Assembly (NCBI RefSeq): GCF_037042905.1
Contig: NC_087251.1
Coordinates: 2,358,001 to 2,422,000, forward strand
DNA: 64,000 bases
Source: Lytechinus pictus
Lineage: Eukaryota
Reading direction: 5' to 3'
Numbering within the stretch: position 1 is the first letter of the stretch; each line of letters begins with the position of its first letter. Positions 21,460 to 34,359 of this stretch are shown here, piece after piece. Under the pieces are notes generated by a model that was given only the letters and a program-made list of their open reading frames with translations, was not told the origin of the DNA and did no database searches. A program made the translations under genes and the position numbers.

Positions 21460-22043
21460 AGGAGAATGAAACCCTTGAAACCAGCTGAATCCATATCAAA
21501 GAGAAAAATCAAAGAAACATATTGTTGAAAGTTTGAGGAAGATTGATTGAATAATAAGAAAGTTATGAGCATTCGAATATTGAGATCACTAGTGCCATGT
21601 AGATCCTCCCAACGGCAATGCGACCAAGATCTGTGATATCACACACGTACAACTCCCTCATTACTTTAGTACTTATTTCACTTATATTCTCACTTTTATA
21701 GAGTCTATCACAAGGTGAGGTGTTCTCTTTATGAGATGACAAGTACAGAGGTTCGTACAACATTATATCATTGATGAATCGTTTGTCATATGATTAGAAT
21801 GAGCAAAAAGAGATGTTTTGGGGTATATTTTCAGTGTCCAAATGGGAGAGTTGTACGTGTGTGACATCACAGATCTTGGTCGCATTGCCAATGGGAGGAT
21901 CTCCATAGCATTAGTGATCTCGACATTCAAATGCTCATAACTCTTTTATTGCTAGTCCTATTTTACTCAAAGTTTTGTTGATCTTATTCTTTGATTTTTC
22001 TGCTTTCACAAAAGCTAACTTGCTCCAAGAGTTTCATTCTCCT
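21460..22043. mobile_element. Foldback MITE with TTAA TSD (Kolobok-like termini)
   Basis: TTAA|AGGAGAATGAAAC ... GTTTCATTCTCCT|TTAA; ~200-bp inverted arms. Confidence 0.85.
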
Positions 22044-22739
22044 TTAAAGTTAGGCCTAGATCTAACGTGAAATGCAAAGTTAGATCTAACGTTAGACCAG
22101 AAGTTTCAGTCTCTGTTAAATTGGTTGTTCTGCTGAACTCTGTTGGCTCCACTCATCAAATACAGAGACAGAAGTTCTAACTCGATCTGTACAGGGGACT
22201 CAATGGCATATGTTTATGTCACTCTAGGCGACACCCCAATACTTACCCGTGTTAATAAACTGGGACTCCACTCACGCACATTTGGGCCGCCCTAGCTTGG
22301 AACTAAGCATCAATATCAATTTAAAATATATATCTACAAGTTATGTATAACCTATTTACTACTTTGATAATGTTTAATCGGTACTCACCAGTTCTTTTGA
22401 TGTATTTTTTCAAGAATTCCCACGGATTTGTCCCAAATCTTGCGACAAACCACGTCGCGGTAGACAGCTGTACATTCTTTTTTATTTATAAATAGAGCGC
22501 CCCTTACGATAGTTGTTAAGAACGCGGCCAAATTGTTAGGTTTTTTGCACTGTGTCCAAGGCGTTTTTATTTTGTTCGATTTTTTATTTTTTAATAAATA
22601 TTTTGTTAAATAGCGATTTTTACGTCAAATATTAAATTCATATCACAAAATATTTTTAATTGTAGAAATATATATAATATCATGCAATTATTTATTCTAT
22701 ATATATTTTATAATAAAATTTATAATTGTTGCGGTCTTT

Positions 22740-22871
22740 AAAAAAGGATAGTCGATCGATCAGGTGATGACTACTCGTATCACGTGATCTGAAAATCAGC
22801 TTCGTACCGCTTTGATCGCACTCGACGGGACCGGACTGACTGCCAAGAAAAGATCGAAAAAGGACTCAAAT
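22740..22871 (+). promoter_or_regulatory. Probable RAD51B promoter and non-coding first exon
   Basis: CpG-rich stretch, E-box TCACGTGA at 22780-22787, strong donor GTAAGT at 22872-22877; the ATG-bearing exon at 25582 has an acceptor and so needs an upstream UTR exon. Confidence 0.6.
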
Positions 22872-24687
22872 GTAAGTTTCCCATTATTTTATAACATTTA
22901 AAGTATGAGTAGAATTATAGTTAATGGGCAATTTTTTAATAAATGCTAAACAAATGAGGACAAAGCTTGCATTTTTCGAGTAATAATCACTAATATCATA
23001 AAAATACTTGGGTGCAGGACTTCTAACCTGTTTTTAACGCATTGTCGCCTATGAGGTCCATACATGTTAATGTTTGGACCTCATTGGTACTAGGAGTGGT
23101 TTATGTATTAAGTTCGGATAAACCAAGGTCAGGAAGTGAAGTTGCGCGACAGCCGAAGTAAATCACTGTTTTTGTCCTTTTAAGTTTATTTTTTTCCCGT
23201 TTTGGTGCATTTCAGGCCAAAACGGAATAATCTTTATTTTGGTCCAGTTCTTTTTCTATATTTTTATGAAATAAAGACAAAAATCGATGAGCCCTGTCGG
23301 GGGGGACTTTGCATTGTTAATCCCCTAATGGCGGCTGCACGATCGCGAGCCGTCTGTCTACGAGGAGAAAAATAAAAATGAAATAAAAATGTTAATAAAA
23401 AAACTTCTCGAAACAGACGGCTGCCAGCTGTCTAAGTTAGATCTAACTGTTGGACCTAACTTTGTTAATCATGTTTAAGACTAACAATTTTTTAGTGTTG
23501 GCTGAGTGCGCTCATTCAATAAACAAGGTTATGATATAACCTTGTTCTCTGTTTCTACTACCTGTGTAGTGAAATAAGGTTGGCAATTTTTGCCAGTTTC
23601 CATTATCTACATCTATTCATCATAAAACTCGGCTCTTAAGTAAATTAAGAATTAAGAATAAAAAATAGAGATTGAAAAATTAATATTTTCGTGCAATTTT
23701 ACTTCCTGCCAATAGAGGGCATTCACAAAAATATGCCCAAAATTCAATTGTTTGAGCGCTCTGGTGAATAAAAAAAGATCCCCAGGTTACTAATGAAAAA
23801 TAAATTGCAACTATATGGAATTTGTATTTTTTGTTACAAAAGGGATATTTTAATGAACCTTTTTAAGTGTGTGCTCTGTACTGCATTGGCATACCATAGA
23901 TCGACTACATGTAGATTCCCCACAGACAGGGTCGTTGCAGTGAACAAGTGGCTGAGTGTTGAACTAAAGTCCAACATGTTTCAATTCCAATACATAGCCC
24001 ATGGCATACACTTGCACTGTCTGCAACCATCTTGTCTGTGTTGGGTGTAGGCAACATACCACACACATTCAAAAAGTCTTCAAAACATTGTTATGAAAGA
24101 AAAAACTTTATGATCTGTCATTGGCATTAATATCATGAAAATGTTACCTCTGGTGTGTCTGTGTTATCAGGAAGAATGTGTGTGTGTGTGCTCGCAGTGT
24201 ACAAAGTCAGTTGATGGAAGTGGAATGCCCTGGTGGAAAGATGTGAAAAGCACTGACAAAATAAATGTCAGTGAATGGACTGGTGACTTATATCACGTTA
24301 AAGTCCCATCTTTCATTAAAATCTTGGTATTTTTTTTCATTCACCAGAGCATTCCAAAGAAAGATCTTTAATATTGATAATTCTCTTGTCAAGCCCTCTA
24401 TTGGTGAAAAGTCACAAGGGAAGTTCACAATTTTGTTGTTGATTAAAATGATAATTTTAAAGAAACTAATCTAGTTTTTTGCCAAGGCATATGATGAATG
24501 CCTGTAAAGAGAAACGGACTTACACCCACACAAAAAATAAGAAAATAGAAATAAACATTTATCCACTATGATATATATGCCTATATGAAAAGAAAATAAG
24601 CCAAAAAATGTGTCCAAACAGTGCCAAATTTATTTCACCTCACAGGGGTTTCTAACTGAGGATAAGGATCATAACCTTGCATATTGG

Positions 24688-24945
24688 AACTGTCTTACAA
24701 AGAGTTGCGATGGATCTGATCAAACTCAACTATGGAAAGCCAGCAACGCCCACATCTAAAATGCATGTTTATTAAAAAAACATTCTAAATATGATGTACA
24801 TTCATTGTTTTCTTGACAATGTATTCGCCTTTGTTTACAAAGGACATTTTGCAAATTTCCTGTTGAAAAAATTATGACACCGATGGATTTCCATAGGGTT
24901 ACGATTAATTGGATCAATCATAAATCTTTGTAAAACGGGGCCCCA
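24688..24945. mobile_element. ~255-bp MITE
   Basis: TIRs gtcttacaaagagttgcgat.gatc / gatcaatcataaatctttgtaaaac; decayed second copy at ~29692-29945. Confidence 0.65.
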
Positions 24946-25214
24946 GGTATTGATTGAGCCCTATGACCTAGAATATTATTGTGACAATTACGATTACGAA
25001 TGAACTCCATATCCAATGTCAATGATAATACAAACTTGTAGTTTTATCATTTTTCAGCTTATGTGCATAACATTGCCATGATATTCTCTTAAAACTCAGG
25101 TAAACTTATTGATCAAGCAAATGGAGCATTCATCTATGGGTTTGCATCAGGGATTTGGTTGGACAAACTTCAATGAATGACATAATTTCTGTTTATTAGC
25201 TGACCAGAAATTAT

Positions 25215-25375
25215 CACATTCAAAGATGGTAGTTGCTGCTACCCTGTTTGGCTTTAGTGCAATGTCGGTCTGGTGCTGCTCAGTGGCTACAGGTCCACGA
25301 TTAATTGGGCAAAATTAATTCTTGGATGATCTCTATTTGTGATTTATGTTTCAAACATTGAAATATGGATTTTAA
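25215..25375 (+). mobile_element. SINE family 2 fragment (core and tail)
   Basis: agttgctgctaccctgtttgg...tctggtgctgctcagtggctacagg matches ~53720-53870. Confidence 0.7.
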
Positions 25376-25597
25376 TTTTTTTTTTCTTATTCCAGGAGTA
25401 TGAAAAGCTGGATTCCCTTATATTTAAAATCCCAATAATAAGATGATTTTAATTTCAATATTCAGCTGGCAGCCTGGCACCATGGATATGTCAAGTAAAG
25501 AAAATACTTTCTGTGCTTCAAACCTTTCATATCATAAACACTGAATGATTTCTACTTTATCATATCACCTTTCCTTATCAGATATTCAATTGGAAAC

Positions 25598-25681
25598 ATG
25601 GCCAACAGAAAAGTTCATCGTCTTGGTCTTGATGAAGATATCGTAACCCGGCTCACTCGGCATAAGATATTCACATGTCAG
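25598..25681 (+). CDS. RAD51B: RAD51B first coding exon (exon begins 25582)
   Basis: acceptor tatcag 25576-25581, aaacATGg start, MANRKVHRLGLDEDIVTRLTRHKIFTCQ|gtatgg. Confidence 0.9.
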
Positions 25682-28600
25682 GTATGGTTTCTAAGCTCTC
25701 TTAGTTCTATATTGACTAGATGGCACACATATGTTGTCATTAAGGGCATCATCAAGGATGAGGAGGATGCAGTCTTAAAATCTTGTACCAATATCTCAAG
25801 GTTTGTTTGAGATTTGATGACAAGCATAACTCATTATGGCTCAAATTTATTGTCTACTTTGCAGCATTGATTATTGCATCAAAAAGTAGCATTTCCCTCG
25901 CAGTTGAGATTCAATAGTAATCTATACCTAAAAAATAAATCTAAGAAATTATTCACTAAATATTACATTAAAATTAAAGGTCCAATTACTTCACTTGCTG
26001 CACATTCAATCAATTCAAAATGTTTAAAGATTATACTGTTTTTCCTAAAAGTTACAAATGGTTTATTCGATCTAGTGAAGTTTTATATTCACCAAGGATT
26101 ATTGAATAATTTGAATTCCAGTATTAATTATGCCTACAACTTTTAAATTGCCAAAACAAATACTGTTTCTAAATAGGCAAGACAATAAAGTCAGTTAATT
26201 GTTTTATTGATTATTGAATGTTGTGAAGGATCTGCTGACGAAAAACCGACTAGAACTGCTGAGGATATTCAATACCACTGAACCAAGAATTAAAGAAGCC
26301 ATGATGAAAGCAAGCAAAGTCTGTGCTCCTACTAGTAAAAAGGTAAGGACTGTTAGCAAACTCTTTGGTTGTTAGTATTTACAAATCAAATACCAGGATT
26401 ACTAAGTAAATAAGGAAGAAAAACTGAAGGAAAGTTAATATAAATTGAAGAAAAAATAATCAAAAAAAATATACAAATGAAATTGACAACTTTATCAATT
26501 GAATTATTTAAAACTATCTGTGATCATGAATTTTAACCAGCTTATATGATGTACTAGTGATATGAATTAATGATAATGAAATGAAGGATATAAAAATGAA
26601 GAATGAGTTGATCTATCGCTGTCTTTTAATCACAGTGAAGATTTGTGCAGCTGTTAAAGATAAATTGTCAGATATTTTTGTTTTATTGTGGGGCTACAAG
26701 ATCATTCTCATCACATCATAGTAGAGTACAATCCTGTAGATGCTGGGCATTCCAATCGTAAGTTCTGTAATTATGTGAAATACATAGTGTGTTTATTGCT
26801 GATATTTGTCATGGGTTCATTTTTTCCCTCTTTGGATAATAATAATAATAGGCATTTGTATAGCGCCATCTATCTAGAAATAATCTATTCCGAGGCGCAT
26901 TGTTTATTATTATCATTACCCCGGCTTAAGCTCGATCTGCCTTTCAGCGCTCAGTGCATTCAAGGAATTCATCCTGCTGGGTACCCATTCACCTCACCTG
27001 GGTTGAGTGCAGCACAATGTGGATAAATTTCTTGCTGAAGGAAATTACGCCATGGCTGGGATTCAAACCCACGACCCTCTTTTTCAAAGTCAGAAGACTA
27101 ATCCACTGGGCCACAATGCTCCACAGGTTTGTATTTATTTTTAATTACCCATTTTATAGGAAGCCATTCTTAGGCATTTATTTATTATTCATATCATGTA
27201 TTTTTTATGAATTATTTATTTATTTAGGCACTGCAGCTATGTGAGAGAGGTCCTGATTCTTGTCCTGGTATTCTTCCAACATCTCTTAGAATACTAGACC
27301 AACTATTACATGGAGGATTACTATCAGGCACTATTACAGAGGTGAGACATCCTTACTAACATTTTCATTTTATCTGCCTCCATGTCCGTCTGTCTATTTC
27401 AACCACTACCAGTTTTAAAATTGTAGATTTTCTTTTAGAGTCTTTTTTGTCTCTTTGGGGATTCAAGATTTTTAAATATGTTATTGAATGATTTAATATA
27501 ATAAGGGTGGATACATTTTTCTTTGGTATGAATTTCCCAAACCAAGCATTGTATGGTCAAGAGGGATTTGGCAATACAAGCAAAGAAATGTTGTTCTTTT
27601 CTGATATCAAATATTGAAAGAAACATTAAGCTCTGTATACGCCCTTACCTGAATTCATATGATTTGATTGTGTACATCAGATAGCTGGACCTCCTGGGTG
27701 CGGGAAGACTCAATTGTGTATGATGCTGAGCGTCTTGGCTACTCTACCAGTCAGTATGGGAGGATTGAATGGAAGTGTTATGTATATTGATACCGAATCA
27801 GCATTCAGCGCAGAAAGGTGGGTAATTTTAAGATTGAAGTATTAACATTGTAATAATTGTAAAACATCATTTTCAATGATACTGTTATTTCCCTATCATT
27901 AGTAAAAGCTGAGGTGGGTGTTACTAACATCATCATTATCATCATGACCATTGTCATGACTGTTTTCATTATCCCCACTACCACCACTATCACCATTAAT
28001 ATTGACTCCACATCACCACCCCCACCCCCATCACAACCACCACTACCAGTATCTCCATCACCGCAAAACACATTAACCCAATACCAGCTTCATCATTATC
28101 ATCATCATCTTCATTATCATCGCCATCATCATCTTCATTATCATCGTCATCATCATCATTATCATCATCATCATCTTCATCATCATCATCTTCATCGTCA
28201 TCATCATCTTCATCATCTTCATCATACCAACACCACTATGACCCAAAAAGCAGCAGCACCAGCACTTTCACCATTATCTCCTATATTTTTATTAAAAAGT
28301 TGAGGTGAGTGTTACCAACGTCATCATCATTAACAAAACCATCATCATCAACATCTTTGTGGAGCGTTGTGGCCCAGTGGATTAGTATTCTGACTTTGAA
28401 ACAGAGGGTCATGGGTTCAAATCCCAGCCATGGCGTTATTTCCTTTGGCAAGAAATTCATCCACATTTTGCTGCACTCAACCCAGGAGAGGTAAATGGGT
28501 ACCTGGCAGGAATTTATTCCTTGAAATGCCACAGCTTTAAAAGGCTGCGGGGCTAAAGCCAAGGTAATAATATAAAATTGAGCACATAGGGACGCATTTG

Positions 28601-31470
28601 GCAGTGATTTGCGCTATATAAGCATGTTGGTATTATTGTTATCTAGTTACCTATCTTTGAATATCTTTTTCTATGCTCAAGAACATCTCATTATATGAGG
28701 ATGATCGAAGATTATAGTAGAAAAGGGGTTAACCCTAACCAGACCAGGCTTTTTGGTGTGTTATATGACTAACCCCCCCCCCCCCTTGAGATCAATCCTG
28801 GCCGCCGATTGTGTGAACGCCATGAAAATTGGCATGATAATAGTGTGGAATGCAATCTACAAGGCTGAATGGTTAATTTTTCTGAAATCAGATTTTTAAT
28901 AATTTGAATTAATTATGCTAATTTATGGGTAAATCAAATTTTTTTGCGCTAATTCACTATAAAAACTCAAAGAGTGCTAATTTTTGGTGTAAATATTCTT
29001 TATACCATTGCTAATAATTTCAAACGAAAAGATCCTGGTTTGAAAATTAATTTCTTATGTATTTTATTGTTTTATGAAATTCTTATGTATTTCATTTTTT
29101 CTGACCTTTTTTTTCTTTGTTTTTTTCACCAAATTTATAGCAGAACCTTTTTGAAGCATAATTATGCTAAAATCAATTAATTTCAGCTGATGAAAATAGA
29201 AATAATCATATCTTTTTGAATAAGATGAGGAAATTCAATTTACATTGACTTTGTACACAAAATCATGTTTTAGAGTAATTTTAGGTCTGACATGCATTTA
29301 TGTATTGTTACGTAATTTTCGAACCACATACCCGGACATTGTGAATTTGGTCTCAAAAGATCTGCAAGTGAAAAGGTAACGTTTGGTGCGGTCCATAAAT
29401 TTCGCGCAGTGGAATGGTCAGGAAAATGTCGAAGGAGGGGGGTTAGGGTTGAAAGAAAATGTTTCGTTATTAACCCAGAATGATTCATCAGTCAGATTAA
29501 TGTACTGGCTATCATAATTTCAAAGTATTCATGTACCTCTCTTCCCAGTCCCAATCTCTCCAAGAGTAAAGAGGTTAATAAGTGTCTAAGCAGAAGAGGA
29601 TGAGGAGGAGAAAGTAAATCTTTGAGATTCCTGAGATTGCCATCCCACTGTCATGCTTGATATATATCCCAGATACACATCCATATCTTAACCCTGTATT
29701 ACATGGAATTGTGATTGATCTGATTAATTGCAACTATGGAAAGCCAGCAATGCCAACGTTTAGAATGCATGTTGGTTCACAGTAATTTCTGAATATAATG
29801 TATACTCATGCATGCATCATAGTTATAAACAATCAGTGTCTTCTTTGTTTCTAAAGGGACATAATGTTTATTTGCTATAATTATGAAGAATTATGATAAT
29901 GATAGATTTCCATAGCGATCAATCACAGCTCTTTGTTAGACAGTACCTTTATATCTCAACTTCATTGATGTATACATGTGCAAGTCATTATTCATTATTT
30001 GATATAAATTAAGTGTAATAAAGTTTGTTTCTAGTATTTAGTATTAATATTTTTCTTGTAGTAAATAAATGATTTCCAAAGTAAAGTAAAACTCAATGGG
30101 ATATTCATAATTCATTTAAGGATATCATTATTGTAATCATTGATTTTTCATGGCACTTTACCATAATCTTTTGTATTCTTTCTTTATGATTTATTTTAGA
30201 TATTGAAAACAGTAATTAACTACTTAAGGATTGATCTTTCTCTGACCTTTCTTAAAGATTTTTATTTTGTTTCAATAATTTTCTTTGAAGACTTGTTGAG
30301 ATTGCTCGATGTCGTTTTCCAGAATATTTTTCATCTGAAGAGACCTTGATGAACCTAGTGCAGAAGGTTCATATATCTATGGAATCTACATGCTTTGACT
30401 TATTACACAGGTGATCAGCTCATTGCATCTCATATTTATTTATTTGACATAATAATCTGAAATCATGACGGATTCACAAATTAAATTCATTTTTATTCTC
30501 TTTATAATGAAAAGTAGTGAAACCGCAGAACAGTACACAATACAAAATTCATAGAATAAAAACCACAATATAAACAGCAAAGCAAAAATTAATACATTGT
30601 AAAGAAGATTGAGTCAGGCCAGGAGGCTATTGTCCTAATCACCGACTGACCTAGAAAATCATAATAGATAAAGAATGTGAATTACAAACACATGAAATAT
30701 AAACAGATTGGAAAATTGACAAAATAATTTAACAACAAAAACACACACAAGAAATTAATGTGCCCAAGTTATGATTTGATACCAAGAATTTTTTTTTCAA
30801 TTTCAAATTGTCTTACATAATTTGTTGGGTACTTAGGAAATTATTGAACAATTCATGTCAGAGCAAAGAAATCTCAGGAAATCATAATAACTTTGATCAT
30901 ATATAATGGTTAGACTGACTTGACTCTTGGTACTTGATGCATACAAGTATTTACTTATTTTGTTGCTGTTTACCTTCAATTCAATCACTATTATAATTGT
31001 GGGTATAGAAATGAACATGACACATAGTGAATAAACTTTCAATAATAAAGGCAAACTTCTGCATGTGTAAATGCCATCATAATATTCACTTACTCTTTTT
31101 GGGGGATGGGGGGTTAGAATAAAAGGATTAAGAAAAAAAATTAACTTTTGTCTATATGAAATGGAATAGAACTGTAGTATTGAAAATTTGTTTCGTAGTT
31201 ATGTCGGGAGGTACGAGAACTGAATATCACATAGGTTGTTTTAACTTAGTTTTAACTTTTCCCAATGTTTTCTTTTGTCTGTGAAGGTTAGAAACATTAG
31301 AAGAAGATCTTATAGAGAAAGGGATACGTCTTGTGATTTTAGACTCAGTTGCCTCATTGGTCAGGAAAGAATTTGATGGAAGAGTCGGCCGAAACATGGT
31401 GGAGAGGACAAATTTATTATCCAAACAGGCAGCCATCTTGAAGTACCTGGCTGAGGAGTTTTCTATACCA
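25598..31470 (+). CDS. RAD51B: DNA repair protein RAD51 homolog 2 (RAD51B), 5' part: join(25598-25681,26229-26342,27228-27341,27681-27817,30291-30410,31287-31470); 3' exons not found in window
   Basis: Six exons splice in frame. Walker A GPPGCGKTQ, LATLPVSMGGLNGSVMYIDTESAFSAERLVEIA and Walker B LVILDSVASLVRKEF match my recollection of RAD51B specifically. Confidence 0.94.
26229..26342 (+). CDS. RAD51B: RAD51B coding exon 2
   Basis: gtgaag|DLLTKNRLELLRIFNTTEPRIKEAMMKASKVCAPTSKK|gtaagg. Confidence 0.88.
26836..27124 (-). mobile_element. tRNA-derived SINE, family 1
   Basis: Same head and core as 8169-8444, (TAT)n tail. Confidence 0.9.
27228..27341 (+). CDS. RAD51B: RAD51B coding exon 3
   Basis: atttag|ALQLCERGPDSCPGILPTSLRILDQLLHGGLLSGTITE|gtgaga. 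Confidence 0.9.
27681..27817 (+). CDS. RAD51B: RAD51B coding exon 4 (Walker A)
   Basis: catcag|IAGPPGCGKTQLCMMLSVLATLPVSMGGLNGSVMYIDTESAFSAE(R)|gtgggt. Confidence 0.95.
28089..28225. repeat. (CAT)n microsatellite
   Basis: Imperfect CAT run; source of the spurious poly-His ORF. Confidence 0.9.
28359..28641 (+). mobile_element. tRNA-derived SINE, family 1
   Basis: gtggagcgttgtggcccagtgg...ggttcaaatccc head, shared core, gcgctatataa and tattatt tail. Confidence 0.9.
28733..29448. mobile_element. piggyBac-type non-autonomous element, inverted relative to 9758-10480
   Basis: TTAA|CCCTAAC ... GTTAGGG|TTGA; internal sequence (cattgactttgtacacaaaatcatgtttt, ggtctgacatgca) is the reverse complement of the first copy. 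Confidence 0.8.
29692..29945. mobile_element. Decayed copy of the 24688-24945 MITE
   Basis: Shares caactatggaaagccagcaa, aatgcatgtt and gatttccatag. Confidence 0.6.
30291..30410 (+). CDS. RAD51B: RAD51B coding exon 5
   Basis: ttgaag|LVEIARCRFPEYFSSEETLMNLVQKVHISMESTCFDLLH(R)|gtgatc. Confidence 0.92.
31287..31470 (+). CDS. RAD51B: RAD51B coding exon 6 (Walker B)
   Basis: gtgaag|LETLEEDLIEKGIRLVILDSVASLVRKEFDG...LKYLAEEFSIP|gtaagt. Confidence 0.94.
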
Positions 31471-33199
31471 GTAAGTCATATTTTTATTTTCTCAGATTAA
31501 AGAAAAAATTGATAATTAGTTAGGTGGAGGTAGTTATTTTACCTAACTGCTAAGACACTTGACAGCTTAACATTCTCTATGAGGGACTTGTTTATGAGAA
31601 TGAATGCCTTACCAAATGGTACTGATAAACCACCTTACCTTTGATAAAGGTACTGTGATGACAAGACGATTACCTTGTCAAATGAGCTTTTATGCCTCTA
31701 TAATTCATATTTTCCACATGTAGATAATCATGGTAAATAGACTATTTTTAACTTAAGTGGTATTACTTAACATCAGTATTTTTGAGGTCCAAGTAATACT
31801 TTTTAATTTCTATTCTGCACTAGTATACCTCGTACTAGAGTACCTAATAGTATACTACCTCTGCAGGTTTGGAAATTAAGTACTGATTATTTTTTTCAGG
31901 GAATTTGGACTTCTTATCATAATGCTCAATATTCATAAGGATCGCTAGCTGTATAATAATCAAGACTTAAAAAGGGAGTGGTTACTATTCATAAATAAAA
32001 TACATAGTAAAAAAAATTGATAATGCCCACTGATGTGGAATGAAGGTTGTTATTCATAATTCTCCAGGAGGGTCATGGATACTATTCATGAACCAAATTT
32101 TGGGTTGTTATTCATAATAATGAATAACGGTCACTTAACATAAGTTCCACTGTTCATAATGCAGAGCAAGAGTTGCTAATCATCACGGGAGAAGAGGGTT
32201 GTTATTCGTCACCAAATAAGAGGTCCGTAGTCATAATCAATGAGAAGGCTAAATTCCTGTGCTACATTACCAAGTGCATCTATAATTCATGCTACAGTAC
32301 TGCATACTACCTTATCTTGTTTTATTGAAAGAATACAGGTATTGAAATCAACTGAATGCATGAAATTTCATGCAGCTATTTTTGTTGTTGAACCATTTCT
32401 AATGGTTAGCTGTTCAAGATTTTTTTAAGAGAAGAGTGATGGTGATTGTATGAGGTGATTATAGTATTATGGTGGTGACTATTATGATAACTGATGATAA
32501 TGATGATTTTATCATTCATACCTTGATACAAAAAACAATTACTGACTCAATTTGATTTGATCTAAAAAGAGTAGATTTGGCAGTGAAAACAAATTTTCTT
32601 GTTTTTTCCCTGTATTGCATTATTACAAATTTAGTAACTGAATGTCTGTGTACCAAAGGAGATACAAAGTGTCTGATAATGCCTTTATCTCTGCAGTAGT
32701 TAAATAAAAACAAAAGATTTAACATTCATTTGAGATTATGTTTTTCTAAGAAATCTTTATTGATTCCTTCATGTAACATCGCTGCAAATCGTTGAAGAGC
32801 AATCAGACTGCAGAAAGAGGTATTGTAAGTAAACCATCTCATTGCATGACCATAGTCTTTGTCCCAATATGTTTACCAGATGTGGAATGCTCTGTATGTT
32901 GCTTTCTATGTGGCTCAATAAGATTGCAAATGCATAGTTTTGAAGTGGATCAACACTGTATTAGGATCCTAATATGAATTTCATCCATATGTTCATTGGG
33001 ATTTTCTAACACAGTATTGAACTTTGAACCTTCTTCATGTAATTCCTGATATTGTTTTTGTGTTGGGATGGTGATAGTAATTGTGTGAATTAAATAAAGC
33101 CCTTATTTAAAAAAAAATATATAGATAACTAGAAATGTGAATTGTATGATAGATACATGTAGGTAGATGAATATGGGGAATAGAAAGGATCATCTGCCT

Positions 33200-33455
33200 A
33201 GAAGGGCAGAAATATAAAAAAAAAAAGGAAAAGACTTGCAAAAAGAGAAAGAGATAAATAAAAAAGGAAGGGAGACAGTGATATAGGGACAGAGAGTGGA
33301 GGGAGAGATAAGGAAGTGAGAAAGAGTGGAAAATAGAGATAGATTGATAGGATTGAGCTAGATAGAGATAGGGAGAAAGACAGAGGGAGAGAGATATCAA
33401 GAGAGACAGACAGGTAGATATAGAGAGGAGTGAGAGAAAGCAAGATGAAGAGATG
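33200..33455. repeat. (AG)-rich low-complexity tract
   Basis: Degenerate GA/GATA repeats. Confidence 0.75.
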
Positions 33456-34359
33456 AGTCTCCTGATCAGTTTCCCATTAGCCTTAGGATAGCTAACCTCA
33501 ACATCCCATCACAATACACCTGCATGTTGTCTATGCCACACCATGTCAGGCCATGCAAAGCTTAACAAATTTCTTTCTAACTTTGACATTTTCAAATGCT
33601 ACCGTGATGTAAAGCAAAGAAAATATAAAAATAGAATCATGTACTTTCACCATTCTCTCTAATGCTCTTAATAATATGTTCACACGTGTTGTTGAAATAT
33701 CAAAAATCGCCTTTTAAATTGTGGAAAATACTTCTTCATATTGCCATTTTTTATATCGGATAATGTAAAGGAAATACAACTGCACATTTCAAAATAATGT
33801 TATGAAAATATTGATATTAAAGTTAATACCTTATGGTACCTTGCTTTTCTTGAACAGGATTTATGAAATCTTGGCTTACTCAAATACGTGTAAAAATGCT
33901 TTTCTAGTTCTGGTTTTGCTTGTCATTGTACTGTTATAATACAAAATTTTGTATATGCTTTTATGTTTGCAGATTAATAAATTCCAGAGCCATTTTCTAT
34001 GGTATACTAGTAGATAATCTACGAGGAAATATACTGGGGATAAATTTCTGTCACTTATCCAGCGTGGTAATAACCACAATTTACATTCTAAAAAAATAAA
34101 CAAATTAATGAGCATTGTTATAGAATGCAATGCTGGATTATTTGATGCATTAGTATACTTATTACTATAGGTACTTTTGAAATATTTTTCTTATTTTTAT
34201 AGTTATTGTTATGTTAGTGCCAGCTACATGTATCATTCAATGAACTTGAAAGAATTGAGGTCTTGAAATTTTTGTTATTTATTATTTTTCTTGTGGGGAC
34301 AGTGCATCTTGATAAATGAAATCCATCAAACTCTTAGCTAATTTTTATAGAAATTTATG

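Noticed and set aside
25058..25099. Possible 42-nt RAD51B 5'UTR exon (ttttcag|...cag|gtaaac)
   Set aside because: Splice signals alone are insufficient in AT-rich DNA without transcript evidence.
27914..28303. 129-aa His/Pro-rich ORF
   Set aside because: Translation of CAT/CAC microsatellites inside a RAD51B intron.
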